NCBI GenBank assembly: GCA_030295235.1
Contig: AP026140.1
Span: 806,001-870,000 of the forward strand
DNA from: Fistulifera solaris
Taxonomy: Eukaryota
Length of the DNA stretch: 64,000 nucleotides
Direction: 5' to 3'
In this document: positions 10,624 through 22,531 of the stretch, piece by piece
Layout: the number at the start of each line of letters is the position of its first letter
Numbering within the stretch: position 1 is the first letter of the stretch
The notes under the pieces: model-generated
What the model saw: the letters and a program-made list of their open reading frames with translations, nothing else
The model's database searches: none
Told to the model about the DNA's origin: nothing
Translations under genes and position numbers: made by a program

Positions 10624-11436
10624 ATGCCCGCCCCTCGAATTCATAATGTCGGAGAAGCCGCCGGGCCGGATCAGTGGTTTCAATCGCTTCCGATTGTAAC
10701 ACAATATTGGCTGGGTGCGGCCATGGTGGTGACATTAGCGGGAAACTTTGGCATCATTTCACCCATGCAATTGATCTTCTCGTGGCCCATGATTAAAGAC
10801 AATTTTGAATTATGGCGATTATTGACGCCGTTCTGCTTTGTGGGGGCCTTTAGCTTCAATACACTCATCACGATGTTCATGTTGGTGAACATGAGTCAGC
10901 AATACGAAAAGGGGGGACCGTACAATACCGGAGCGGGAGGAGGAACGGCCGATTATGTCTTCATGCTCATGTTCGGAGCGGTCGTATTGCTCTTGACGTA
11001 CCCCCTCATGGCAGCGTACGCGGCCATGGCACCGCTTTTCGCACGCAATTTAGTGTTTTTCGTATTGTACACGTGGAGCAAACGGCATCCTACATCCCAG
11101 GCCAATATTTGGGGAGTACCCGTCCCGGCGGCATACTTGCCCTTTGCATACGTCGCGTTAACGATATTCATGGGGAACCCAGTGATGGATTTAGTGCACG
11201 GCATGATTGTGGGACATTTGTATTACTTTTTGGCCGAAGTTGTCCCCCGTGTGCATGGCAAAGATATTTTGGTAACACCACAATTCTTGATTGATCGATT
11301 AGGGGTGGGTGAATATCGTCCGCAAGCTCCTCTGCGAAATCCAGCCGATGTTGCCCGAGGTGCGGCGCAACCACCCGCAAATCCTCGGGGAGGACACAAT
11401 TGGGGAGGAGCTGGACAAGCTCTTGGACGAGGCTAG
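10624..11436 (+). CDS. DER1: Derlin (Der1-like), host ERAD type
   Basis: WFQSLPIVTQYW, ELWRLLTPF, ADYVFML, YLPF, GHLYYFL, TPQFL. C-terminal SHP-box-like GHNWGGAGQALG. No signal peptide, so not the SELMA-type symbiont Derlin. Confidence 0.92.
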   Translation: MPAPRIHNVGEAAGPDQWFQSLPIVTQYWLGAAMVVTLAGNFGIISPMQLIFSWPMIKDNFELWRLLTPFCFVGAFSFNTLITMFMLVNMSQQYEKGGPYNTGAGGGTADYVFMLMFGAVVLLLTYPLMAAYAAMAPLFARNLVFFVLYTWSKRHPTSQANIWGVPVPAAYLPFAYVALTIFMGNPVMDLVHGMIVGHLYYFLAEVVPRVHGKDILVTPQFLIDRLGVGEYRPQAPLRNPADVARGAAQPPANPRGGHNWGGAGQALGRG

Positions 11437-11484
11437 AAAGTGGAGCAATGATTATAACTAAGAAGATTGTTTGAGTAGTTGCAG

Positions 11485-13738
11485 TTATGATTCATTATCA
11501 GGATTGCCATATTGGCGCTCGATTCGTTCTTTCAAAAGTAGACCCACCATAATTTTTTTCCAACGCTGTAGGACCGTTTTGCGTCGCTTCTCTTCCTCGT
11601 TTAATATTTCGTACTGAGACACTTCTCGGATGGCCTCTTGCACTAGATCGGCATTGTGCTCGTGCACCACGATACCGCTTATACTGGGAGTTCGATTTCC
11701 ACCGTGACCTTCGAATCCAATCAAGCACGGTGCGTACGGAATGCACAACTTTTTGGCAACAGCAGCTGCGCCTCTGACATCGATATGCAAAAGGCCGGGT
11801 GGTAACAATGCTTTTTCTACATTGCGATGGTTGTTCACAGAGATGGGATCCGTCGGACCAACATAGGGTGGCGACCAAGGATCTGTTTGCCATATCGCAT
11901 ATAGCCACTCTTCGTCGCCTTGTTCCAGCGTCTGAGAATCCAATTCGGCTTGCCGATCAGCATCTTCCAGAATGCTTGCTCGCTGTACTTCGCTTCCGTC
12001 ATTTACTTTCCCTACTCCGTACGTAGTGAGTGCTTGGAATGCTTTGGCGCGTTTGGGCCCTTTTCGAGCTTTGACTTTCTTCACGGGTGCTTCGCCGTCT
12101 TTGACACGTCGTCCGTGATAAGGCCACTGCCGGGCTGGACGGGCGATCGAAACATCCGAGCGCAAGAACACACGCTCTCCCTTGACAAATCCGCAAACTT
12201 TCGCTGTGGGATCAATGACTTCGGTTACGCCCAACAACGACGGAATCACATACAGTGGACTTGCTCGAAAAGCTGTTTTGGTTGTGGGTATGGCTTCTTG
12301 TTTCGCAGCCTGTATCAGCTCCTTCGCTTCTTCAATATCATTGTGATGCTGTAACTCAGGAAGAGGAATGCTTTCTTTCGCAGGAAGCTTTCTATCATCT
12401 TCTTCATCGGACAAGACAATCGCACTGGCAACATTCTTCCCGTTTTTGTTCGTCTTTACTATTGATATACCCAGGTCTCTCGAAGGTTTCCCATTAATTT
12501 TTCGAATTGTATCGAGCCACCACGTATCATCTGTTTCCAGTTTCTTCTTTCCCCGAACAAACCCCCGCTGCCGCAGTGCTTCTACCCAACTACTCACATA
12601 CCGTGCTGTCACATCTGTGAGGTGAAACTGGCCAGTTCCCTTGGCTTCATCCAAGATAGCATGTTCCACAGCAACGACATAACCTGGTGTGATCTTTTGT
12701 CTTAACTTCGCCGCAATTCTTCTTCCACAAGGCTTCGATTTGCTGCGGTTGATTTACAATATAGCGACTAGGATCGGCATGGATCCATTTGCACTGCGAC
12801 TTTTCGCTGTCAATCTTCCTCTTTCCTTTTTCTGGTGAAGCAAAACAACAATATATCTCTGTCCATTCCAACATATTGGGCAGATTGTCTGAAGAGGGTG
12901 AAACAGATAGTAGCGGGTGGTGTACTGTGAGATCCAGCGAGATGGGGTCGATAGCTTGAACAAAACGTGTCTTCCAACCCAATGACCGCGTCATGGCAAT
13001 GAATAATGCAAGATTCAAGTCAGTAGAGTTCCTCATCCTTGGCTGATTCTCTAGCAACTGAGGGTCTTCTTCTGCTGTATTAGAGAGAGTAGCGGCGTAT
13101 TGCAACAATTGTTGGGTGTCGAAACGAAATACATCCTCCGGCAAAACTGGTCTCCTGCTTCGTAACCGAGGTGCCCCGGCTTGTCGATTCGCCGCAGCCC
13201 TCTCGTGACGACGTCGTTCTGCACCTCCCACCCAGGTCGAAAACCATGTCATGAAGCTTTCGAGCGTATTCAAAGTGGGACGAGATGTCTCACAAAAGCG
13301 GGCTGGAATCAAACTCAGAGCAATCGCTAGCACTTCTTCGGACGCACAACATGAAGATGCCATTACAGCACGACTGGTCATCGTCAGTAAATGAGTTCTA
13401 TGAAGATTCTTTAAAAGAGACTGCTGACTCGGCGGCAACGATTCGAATCGGAACTTTTCTCTACGCTTCGTCACTTTGCGTTTCACTTGCTCCTTCTTAG
13501 GCGCATTCAAATTAATTGTAACTGGTTGCAAACTGTCCGAAATTTCGTCATGCTCAGCATCTTCCCACTCCAAATCTTCTTCTTCCTCATTTTCTAACGC
13601 AGAGTTTGTCGGCTGCAATTTTTCACCTTCGTCGTCGCTTGTTTCCTCGTCCTGCAATGAAAATCCCTGCTGCTTGGTCCATTGTTCGATATCTTCTTCT
13701 TCCTCATCGTCGGATGCAAGATTCCAGTTGAAGCTCAT
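11485..13738 (-). CDS. XPC: DNA repair protein XPC/Rad4; one apparent frameshift near 12690-12720
   Basis: LHRTHLL, LFIAMTRSLGWKTRFV, WIHADP, YVVAV, TDVTARY, PLYVI, LYAIWQTDPW.PP, GFEGHGG..TPSISGIVV, WKKIMVGLLLKERIERQY. Confidence 0.9.
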
Positions 13739-14059
13739 GCGGTGAATGAATGAATGCGAAGCAACACTTGTTTGGATCGTATTGTGGCGGTTATGTTCGG
13801 CAAAATGAGCGCGTTTCGCAAAAAATGGAAAGAAAAAAACATATAATACTCCATCCTGCGGATGGTGGTACAGACAGACCGGTACTCGATGCTCCGCAAG
13901 ATTTCGCAAGCAAAAGCAGAGCGCAGCAAACGTCCGTGTCCGTGCTGCGGGATTTGTGCGCATTACCTGGTATATTCTTGCAATTGTATATAGTCTTTTG
14001 CGTCGCAATTATATCATCTCACATATCTCTTTCCTTTAATAATAAAACAAAGAAAGAGA

Positions 14060-15723
14060 ATGAGCACTTCAAATAAGCGCAGCAGCAGCACCAGCGCCGA
14101 CCCCGCGAATAAACGTCCGCGCCGCAACGCGAAATACACGTGCGAATGGACCAGCCCCGGTACGGATGCGGGTGAACTCTTTGACCCCGATACGTTGGAA
14201 TATGAGAGTGTACGATTGCAATCGCTCGACAAAAAAGACGTTTTTAACATTCGGATTGGTCAAGTTGTGCAGTTGTGGAGTGATGAATTGTGGATTTGTC
14301 GCGTCGAACATTTGTTTCAAACCGCCGACGAAGAACCGCAATTTCGAGGACGATGGTTTTACGGAAAAGCCGATTTGCAGCGTCTTTTGGCCGAATGTCA
14401 AGATGAAGAAGAAGAGCGTGCGTTGGAGGATCTTTGTCAGCAGCTGGGTGATTCGGAACTCGTGTTGAGTAATGTCGAAGAGGATAACCCTCTCGCTGCG
14501 ATTGCGGATATACGAATCGTCCAGTATGAACCGGATTTAGTATCGGCGCACCAGTTCCTGTGTCGCCATTGTTTAGATTGGGATTCGGAAAGCAAATTTT
14601 TCTCGATACGCCCGATTAATGACTCGGATAAATCGTCATCGAACGAAAAGGACAGTAGTCTAGACGAGGAGGACGAAGAGGATGACGACGAAAACAGTCA
14701 AAGCAGCAACGACTACTCTCATGTTATACAAGAGGGAGAAGGTAGCACACGACGAGGCGATATTCAGGTTGGCGATAACTATCAAGCGTCGGTTGGGCCT
14801 TTTGTACCGAACCAGAAAGTTGTCTCGCGCCGTCCGAAACTCTGGTGGAAGCCGGGTTGCATTACCGACGACAATCTTAAAGTTTTTACGGATGAGGTTG
14901 CCGCTATTCAGACCCCTTTCTTGCTGGAAAATAGCATGACCAGTGAGGAACCCTATACGCCCCTTTCTACTTCGCGAGCGCGCGAATTCATGAAATATTT
15001 TCCGGAGGGAGAAATACTCACTGCTTCGCACATGAGTTCCGCATGCATCGCCTTGGGAAAGGACTACTCGAAGCTTTTCAAAGAGTGCGATGTAGATGAA
15101 GTGATTACCGTACTTGCCGAGTCAGAATTCAACGCGAGTGACGCTATCAGCTTTATTCGAAAAGACCATGAAAGGATATCGAGTGCTTGGACCGCTACGG
15201 AACGAGAGATTTTCGACCTTAGCTACCGGCGCAATCACGGAAATTTGCGCGTCGTCGCTCAAGATTTGATGACCAAAACAATGAAGCAAGTTGTGGATTA
15301 CTTCTACCGCTTCAAGATACCCGATCAGTTCCGTCTCTATCAGAACAAGAAGCGCGAGCAGGCCATATATTTGATGGATTGCATCGATAAGCGTCGACGC
15401 GGTCTTCCGATCCCCGCGCCCAAATTTGACGAAAGCGACGGGGAGAGTGTTGACGGGAACACGAAAATTAAGTCATCTCAATGGCAAGAGCACAACGTGG
15501 ACGAAGGGGTACATTCGGTCGATCGTAGGTACAATGCCGCGAAGAAGCTTCTTCATGAGGTCTACTCGCAGATGGGGAAGACGTATTCATGAAGGTCGCG
15601 GCGGCCGTGAGGAAACTTCGAACTTCACATGATCGAACTTTGAAGGAATCGGTTCTCCGTGAGCTCAAAGGGCATCCTGATCTGCAACGACGATTCTTAG
15701 ATTTTCTACCGCGCGACGTATAA
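14060..15723 (+). CDS. BAH-ELM2-SANT chromatin co-repressor protein with C-terminal PAH-like segment; frameshift near 15574-15577
   Basis: BAH: WICRVEHLF...FRGRWFY...ELVLS...FLCR. ELM2: IQVGDNYQASV...LWWKP. SANT: WTATEREIF...KTMKQVVDYFY. Adding one G to the G-run extends the frame to ...LKGHPDLQRRFLDFLPRDV*. Confidence 0.8.
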
Positions 15724-15874
15724 AATAAAGAAAAATTTACCGAGATTATCATCGAATTTGTATCATGCTGGAAATAAAACAACAGCTCTCTTTCGAAAAG
15801 CTATCAATATCCGGCACAAAGGGTCTTATGGAAAACATGAAAAAATTGCCACGTGTGCAATGAAAAGCTTGCCC

Positions 15875-17605
15875 TTAGCTCTCAGAACTGCCGTGGCCGA
15901 GGCGCATCCAAATGCGATCAAAGAATTCACGCTGGCCTCCCTGGTCGGCATCAAATTCATTAACAAACTGGTGCTTGGTTCGCTCGAGTTGGTCCTTCAC
16001 TGCCTGGGGGCAAACAGAGCATCGTCGAAGGTGATCGTAGATGTCGTTGACCTTCGAGGGGAGTGTACGGCGACGAGCTGGGAATAAGCGACACAAACCC
16101 AATCTCTTGTGTTCGCAACAATAACGGCAACCGAAACCTGGAAGCCCCAATCTTAAACTTCGTCGGTTTCCGATACGTTCTGCTTCTGTAAGCCGGATAA
16201 ATTGGACTTGCGACATCAAAAAGTACAAAAATTCGGACGCGATGTTGCGATCGTTGGGTAAAATCAAAGAAATATTTCGGTAGGCGTCATCTGTCCAAGG
16301 CTGTCCGGCAGGTAAACCAAAGGAAGGTGCACTGGCTCCAGCTGCTACGGATCGCTCCGTGATAAAAATTCCTTTCGGTGAGTCTGTCATGCCAGCTTTC
16401 ATTGCTGAGTAAATCCAGTATCGCTTGGAGTCGGTTGCCCCTTGAGCTGGTTTGTCTTTGAGTGCAGCAAAACGTTCTTGAGTAGCCGCAGGGATCACAT
16501 CGCAATGGCCAAAGTGATCACGCAACATCATTGTAAAGCTCTGATATATCTGGCGGAGCGATGATGGGAAAGCCGAAGATCTTCCAGCTCGAGATGTGGG
16601 CGCCATGTGCGCACAGAAACGGCACCGCAAACCGACCTGCTGGTATGCAATTGAATTGTTGCGCAACTTTACATCTTCATGGCTGGCTCGAAACACTTCC
16701 ACCAGTTCGTTTCGAACAAAGCAATGAAAATCAGAGAGCCAATTTGGGTCTTCATCAATACCCAACGGGAACATTGGACGCTTGAAGTAAGGATCGCTGC
16801 AAGTCTCCTCACATAGAGGAAGATAAAGAGCACGTCCCTTAGGTACCGGACTACCAACGGCCTCAGTCCCTTTCGAAGGTGAAGAAAGACCTTGAGGAGA
16901 TTGATACGGTTCTATCTTTTGCATCATATCCATGTTAGTACTTCCCGATAGAAAAGGCCCTTGATTGGGTGCCGCTACGTTGCTGCGAGTTCGGGCTTCT
17001 AGCTCTGCCATTTGCATATTTCGAACAGCAGCATGTGCCGCCTGATGACGCGAATGATCCTGATTGACACCTAGTAGTCCATTGGTAGCGAAATTCGAGG
17101 ATTGTAGCTGCTGCTGGGTTTGCAAGAGAGAGCTGAGATTGGGACTGGCAAGTTGCGCTAACAGATTTCTATTTCTGGCGACCTGCTCTTGCATCAAAAG
17201 CTCCGCGTGAAGCCGGATCGCATCATCAATTCCTGAATGAGGCATCATACTGGCGTGTTGCCTGCTAGAAAGCGTGTTCAGGAGACCTCGGATGTCAACC
17301 ATGTTTCCGTGCTCGGATGAGGCGACATCCACACGCCGGCGTTTCTGATGATTCACCAGGTCGTCTTGCAGTTCCGTTGGTCTCTTCGATAAAGCCAACG
17401 AGAGCTGACTCTGCTGACTGCCAGGGTAATTATAGCCTGTCTGATTTGTGAGCTGAGATGCAAGCATTTGCATGATTGCGTCGGGTTGAGTCAAATTATT
17501 TACAGAGGGTTCGCTGTCACCTTTCGCAGCTTCAGCGAAGCCACGGGCTTGACTTCCGGGACTGTCTTCGGCAGCATCGTGGGGCGCAAACGGTGGCATG
17601 CTCAT
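15875..17605 (-). CDS. Diatom-type protein with Q-rich N-terminus and two tandem Cys/His (CxxC...HxxxC) domains; putative transcription regulator
   Basis: Domain 1: LSDFHCFVR.ELVEVF...QVGLRCRFCAH...FPSSL..IYQS...HFGHCDVIP. Domain 2: GFGCRYCCEH...FP...IYDHLRRCSVCP. Basic KRRR NLS. Confidence 0.75.
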   Translation of the reverse strand: MSMPPFAPHDAAEDSPGSQARGFAEAAKGDSEPSVNNLTQPDAIMQMLASQLTNQTGYNYPGSQQSQLSLALSKRPTELQDDLVNHQKRRRVDVASSEHGNMVDIRGLLNTLSSRQHASMMPHSGIDDAIRLHAELLMQEQVARNRNLLAQLASPNLSSLLQTQQQLQSSNFATNGLLGVNQDHSRHQAAHAAVRNMQMAELEARTRSNVAAPNQGPFLSGSTNMDMMQKIEPYQSPQGLSSPSKGTEAVGSPVPKGRALYLPLCEETCSDPYFKRPMFPLGIDEDPNWLSDFHCFVRNELVEVFRASHEDVKLRNNSIAYQQVGLRCRFCAHMAPTSRAGRSSAFPSSLRQIYQSFTMMLRDHFGHCDVIPAATQERFAALKDKPAQGATDSKRYWIYSAMKAGMTDSPKGIFITERSVAAGASAPSFGLPAGQPWTDDAYRNISLILPNDRNIASEFLYFLMSQVQFIRLTEAERIGNRRSLRLGLPGFGCRYCCEHKRLGLCRLFPARRRTLPSKVNDIYDHLRRCSVCPQAVKDQLERTKHQFVNEFDADQGGQREFFDRIWMRLGHGSSES

Positions 17606-19201
17606 TAGGTGCCTTTCTTGGACGAGCATTACGCTTTTTATGACAACAAAACACAATAGATTGATTGTTTGTGAGCACGTCTGCTGCCATCGAAAGTTCC
17701 CGTTGATCTACGGAACACGGCCGTTGTCACGGACCAGATTTTTCGAGATTCGACGAGGGCTATTGACTCTTTCCTGTTTTGTACCGGATAATGTGTACGA
17801 TTTCGTGTCTTTCACTGTGCTGCTTTCGAAATCCGCAATGCTGCACAGCCAAGTTGATTTCTGCGCTTTTTACCGCTAGTGTACAATTTCAATAAATGAT
17901 ATCGCACTTTCAAACCTATAGTCGGTATAATTTAATCGCGCCCTGTGACAGGAAGTAGCGAATATATTGTAGTGGTTAGAAGCATCTTCTTCTTATCAGC
18001 TGATATGTACGTAGCGTTCGCTTGTTCCGGATCCGAATTCCACCCAGTGTAAGGTAATCTGTACAATGACAAAGTTCTTGTAAGAATGAAGAACAAAGAC
18101 AATCACTTTTCATTTTTCACCGCATTTACAACTGCAATTTCAAGTTCCTTAGATGACGGTAGCTACTTTTGCTCGTATTCTAGTTTCCGTGTGCAGTCAT
18201 TGGTTACAGTACACTTTATTACAGGGCAATAGGCCATAAATAATTTGGGCACGTTCTTCTTTTGCTTCGGCACAAGCGACACCGTAAAAAGTAAAAAACC
18301 GTGAGCCAAAAATCCGTACCTCGTAAATCTTTTCAGTGTTTTTGGGGCATTTGGACTTGAATAAGAAGGTGAGAACTTAACGACAGTCCTTCACAGCAAA
18401 TCGTACTCTCGTGTCTCGTGAAGAGAATGCCTAAGGCGTAGATTTGAGGTTAGTCGTACGTGGTATGTCGCCAGCAGTACTGTTAGCTGTTAGTAATCCG
18501 TGCAGCGTGCAGCTTTTGCAACTCTTACTTGCAATCCCCAATTTCCTCCTTCTGCGAAGTACTGGTACGGTACCTGGTGGTAAAAAAGTAAAAAGTTAGG
18601 GTGTTATCCATAATCCATAATTCATACTACGTAACTAATAAATTATCACATGATGTAGACTAGGGCGTAGGGCTTTGCTTGAGGTTTATTATTTGATACA
18701 AGTTGTACTGGCTAGAGGTCTAGTTGTATGTGTTTTAGGTTTTGGTAGACGACTCTAATTCCGAGTTACGAGTCTCTCTGCGTAGAATGAAGCTCGTGCA
18801 TTTTGTGGTTTTTAGGCCTCTCCCTCTTAAGTCCCTATCCGCAATTCATTTAGGCGTTTAGCTTTCCCGATCACTCGTTTAGACTTCATAGCAACCAAGA
18901 CTCCTCGAAACATAGAAGTTAATTCGCTGCAATCGTATTCTCGAAGTATAGCTTGGCCTACAAAATCCTCGAAAGCTAGCTTGATGGCTGCCACTCGAAG
19001 CAGCCAGACGTAGATGCGCGTCCCAACGCGTTGTAGATAGTAACTCCGTTACATAGCGAGAGGTGAAGACGCTTTTCACTCTTCAGATGGAACCTGTTTA
19101 CATTGATTTGCTAGAAACAACATCGTCATGTTTTCCTTCACGGAAATGGCGTATCATTCCGCTGCATTCTGATATCGCACGCGGACTCTTCGCTAGTGAC
19201 A

Positions 19202-20167
19202 TTATTCTTCCAACAAATACAGCTTGGCATACAGTAGATACTCCCACAAGTAGCTTCGAATCAGACTGCCTACCAGCGGAACAGCGTTGACCGTCGAACC
19301 CAATCGTTCCATCAGCGGTTGCAGAAAAGATCCCCAACACGGTTCTCGAAGCAGATACAGGAGAATGCGCAACTTTCGGCGCTTCACTTCATTCTGCGAC
19401 ACGATATTGCTTTTCGTCGTTACCTTTTGCAGCAATCCAATCGACGTAAGATCCAACAACAATGTCGCACAAAAGACGTCCCATTTATATCCCAGCCCCC
19501 TATTCCCAGCTTCGGCGGAAAGTAGCGGGCGGACGATGTACGCCAATTCACACAACTGATGAATCGATCGTTTCCATCTCATTGGCTGACTCCATTTTGT
19601 TGACAAACTCGGCAAACGTCCTTGTATCAGTAATTGACGTCCACAACGCTTACCCACGTAGATTTCTCGTTCGACGAGTCTTTGTTCCTCGTCCGTAGAA
19701 TAGCCATTCCAATTGTGAAAGATCCCTCCCTGTAACAAGATACCGGTGCATGGCGAACGACGAGTCCAATAACTTCCCAGCAGCGTCAATCGCAACACAA
19801 AACGGAGACGTTCGATCCACACACGTGCATTCGATTTGTTCCGTGCCAGTGCATGGACGATGGGCCACAGGTGCTGCAATATAGAGAGTAGGCACCGAAT
19901 TTCATTCGCGGGGATGGAAGGCTCGACCGAAACCGAAGTGCCGTAACTTTGCGGATGGTTTGTGGTCAGCACATCAAACAACAGACGATGCAATTGCAGC
20001 AATCCCCAAGCAATTTCCCGGAAATTTGATTCTTGGTTCGTCGGCACCCAATAAATAAGACGTCCCAACAATTCGTCCGCCAATAATACGACAGTTCGAT
20101 GTTTCTGTGCCCATGTTGGGGAATCGCCAGTTTCACAATTCATTGCAGCAACGAGCTCTTTTGACAT
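19202..20167 (-). CDS. PEX16: Peroxisomal biogenesis factor PEX16-like
   Basis: ELAYIVRPL, EVKRRKLRILLYLLREPCW and VPLVGSLI..YL match the conserved PEX16 C-terminal blocks. Confidence 0.75.
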   Translation of the reverse strand: MSKELVAAMNCETGDSPTWAQKHRTVVLLADELLGRLIYWVPTNQESNFREIAWGLLQLHRLLFDVLTTNHPQSYGTSVSVEPSIPANEIRCLLSILQHLWPIVHALARNKSNARVWIERLRFVLRLTLLGSYWTRRSPCTGILLQGGIFHNWNGYSTDEEQRLVEREIYVGKRCGRQLLIQGRLPSLSTKWSQPMRWKRSIHQLCELAYIVRPLLSAEAGNRGLGYKWDVFCATLLLDLTSIGLLQKVTTKSNIVSQNEVKRRKLRILLYLLREPCWGSFLQPLMERLGSTVNAVPLVGSLIRSYLWEYLLYAKLYLLEE

Positions 20168-20474
20168 GTCGCAGTCAACAGCGGGACGCGATACAGAAAG
20201 AATAGACTCGTCGCTGTTGCTGGCGAAGTCTTCAAACCGATGTGAAAGCGAAGAATCATTGACTATTAATAATAGCAACAAACAATTCTCTATTGGTTAT
20301 CGCGTCATCGCGTTGTCACTGTGCTGTTTCTGCAACCGCCTATGTCAAGGTATACCGCTAAGACCTTTTTATGTTCGACCTAACAGAGTAATATGTAGAA
20401 TAGCTAAGGTAACCATCAATAATTAGAATAATCAAACAGCATCCATTCGCCATTCAGAAGTTGATACAATCATT

Positions 20475-21889
20475 TTAAACCTCAACCGTGATTTCGTTGG
20501 CATAGATTTGCTCTAAAGATTGTCGCTTGCGGATCAAGAACGTTTCTCCGTTCTTTCCCACGAGAACTTCGGGGGCTTCCGGAAAAGAGTTGTAGTTCTT
20601 GGTCGACATACCGCTGCAATACGCTCCGGATCCATCCATGACGCAAATATCGCCAATCGTGGCCTTGCGCAGTGCTCGTTCGGCCAAATCTTCGGGCTCA
20701 CCCGGCTTGGGGGTCATTAAATCTCCCGACTCACAGCAATGGCCCACGACCACCACCGACTCGGTTTCATCACCGACATCACCGGTCTTACCGGATGCCG
20801 GGAACAACGTAATAGGGTGCACGGCACCGTATAAGGAAGGCCGCAACACATCCGTCATGCCCGCATCGAGTTTCAAGAATGTGTGACCATCATCACCCGT
20901 GGTGATCACCTTGTCTTGAATGGTGCTCACCAAAGCTCCCGCCATGGCCACCAAGAAAGTACCCGGTTCAATTTCCAATTTGAGTTCACGACCCTCTTCT
21001 TGAGCAAATTGGCGGAACGCTTCGACCACCGGCTGGCCAATGAGCTGTAAATCTGTCGTCTTTTCACCTTCGACGCGACCAACTTTGTAGCCACCTCCCA
21101 AGTTCAAGGCCGTCACGTCCGGAAACAGCTTGCAGAACGAAAGTGACTTGGTGGCGACTTGCTGCCAGATTTCCGGATCACTGCCAGATCCAATGTGCGT
21201 ATGAATGCGTTCCACCGACAATCCGTATTTTTCGACAATCGCCGGAACGGTTCCGTCCGTCACCAATTCATGCCAGATACCGAACGAACTACTGGGTCCA
21301 CCGACGTTGGTTTTACTAAAAGATGTCGTACTTTTACTGAATCCACCACTTCCCACACCCGGATTGACCCGGACACCGATTTTGGCACCGGTCCCCGCAT
21401 AGTGTTGTCCGAACCGTTCCAACTGCGAGACGGAACACGCGTTGAGTTTGATCCCCATGTCGACGAGGTCGGCAAAATCGGCCGGCAGCTCTTGCGTACT
21501 GAGCGAAATGTGTTCGGCCGGAATTCCCGCCGCCATGGCGCGGCGGACTTCGTATCCGGAACTGGCATCAATGTGAATTCCTTTGCTGGAGAAATATTTG
21601 AGAATGGAAGAATTGGGACAGGCTTTCATCGCGTAGCGCACCGTCAATCCATACGCGTTGGGGAATGCCAAGCAGGCGTTGGCAGATTCTTCCAACTTTT
21701 CGAGACTGTACGCGTAAAGCGGTGTTCCTCCGGCGCATTCGATGCAGGCTTTGGCGGTTTCGGGCGTCAAAAGACGCTCTTGGTTGGATTCGCCATCGAC
21801 AGCTCCGAGGATCGAGTGTGCCCGGTTATCGAAGGTGCAAATGCACTTGCCGTGCTGCAAAAGGCGAGGAATGCAAATAATCTTGACAT
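20475..21889 (-). CDS. lysA: Diaminopimelate decarboxylase, plastid-targeted; frameshift at T-run 21769-21772
   Basis: GTPLYAY, RYAMKAC (PLP lysine), [40 protein letters not shown]. The true start is in another frame: [32 protein letters not shown], a perfect ASAFAP motif. Confidence 0.93.
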
Positions 21890-22531
21890 CCTGTAAAAAT
21901 TCGAATTTAATGGTACCTAAATTATCGCTATGTAACGCACTCGTCGCAATGGACTTCCACGTCTGGGTTTTGTGAGGATGACGATGTTGTGCGAGAAAAA
22001 GAAGCAGACGCAAAAAAAGCCGATGGACCAGGAAACGACGGTTGTACCAGGTAGGCCAGTCCTCCGGCAAAAAAAACGTCATGTTGGTGCGACGTCATAA
22101 AGGCTATTCTAAATACGTGAAAAGAACAATGAGGTTGGTGCGACATCGATTTTATGATTTGGCTCACGACTGGTTCACGACTGACAGGCTGGACGAAGTT
22201 GAAGTCGATTTGCTCGTGTGTGACGCCGATTGTTCTTTGTTTTATGGTGATTGCTTTCGTGTCTCACATGCCATTTCACAAAGGAAGACGCAAGTCTGCT
22301 CCTTGCTCCTTTCGCTCTGCTCACCTTCCTCACTCTGCTCTCCTCTCCCGAAAGCCAAAATTGATTGATCGAGCAGCCTTCAGAAAAGACTTTGCCAAAA
22401 GCTGCAACTGCAAGGACAATTCACGAGCCTTCTATCATAGCAAGCTCTCGCCTTATGAAAATACCGAGAACGACGGCTTGGCATCTGATCACCTCAGTTA
22501 TTCATCAATTCACATCCTACTGGTTCAAAGA

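Noticed and set aside
17958..18021. tRNA-like segment (GCGAA...TAGTGGTTA...TTCGC)
   Set aside because: It has an A-box-like word and pairing ends, but no anticodon stem or T-arm, and it is only 64 nt.
21159..21896. Long antisense ORFs (also 4900..5610, 6100..6693, 30148..30696, 62064..62576)
   Set aside because: They are shadows of well-supported genes on the other strand and carry no independent motifs.
21890..22082. Long N-terminal extension of lysA given by the ORF track (MTFFLPEDW...)
   Set aside because: Artefact of the frameshift. A perfect signal peptide + ASAFAP leader starts at 21889 in another frame.
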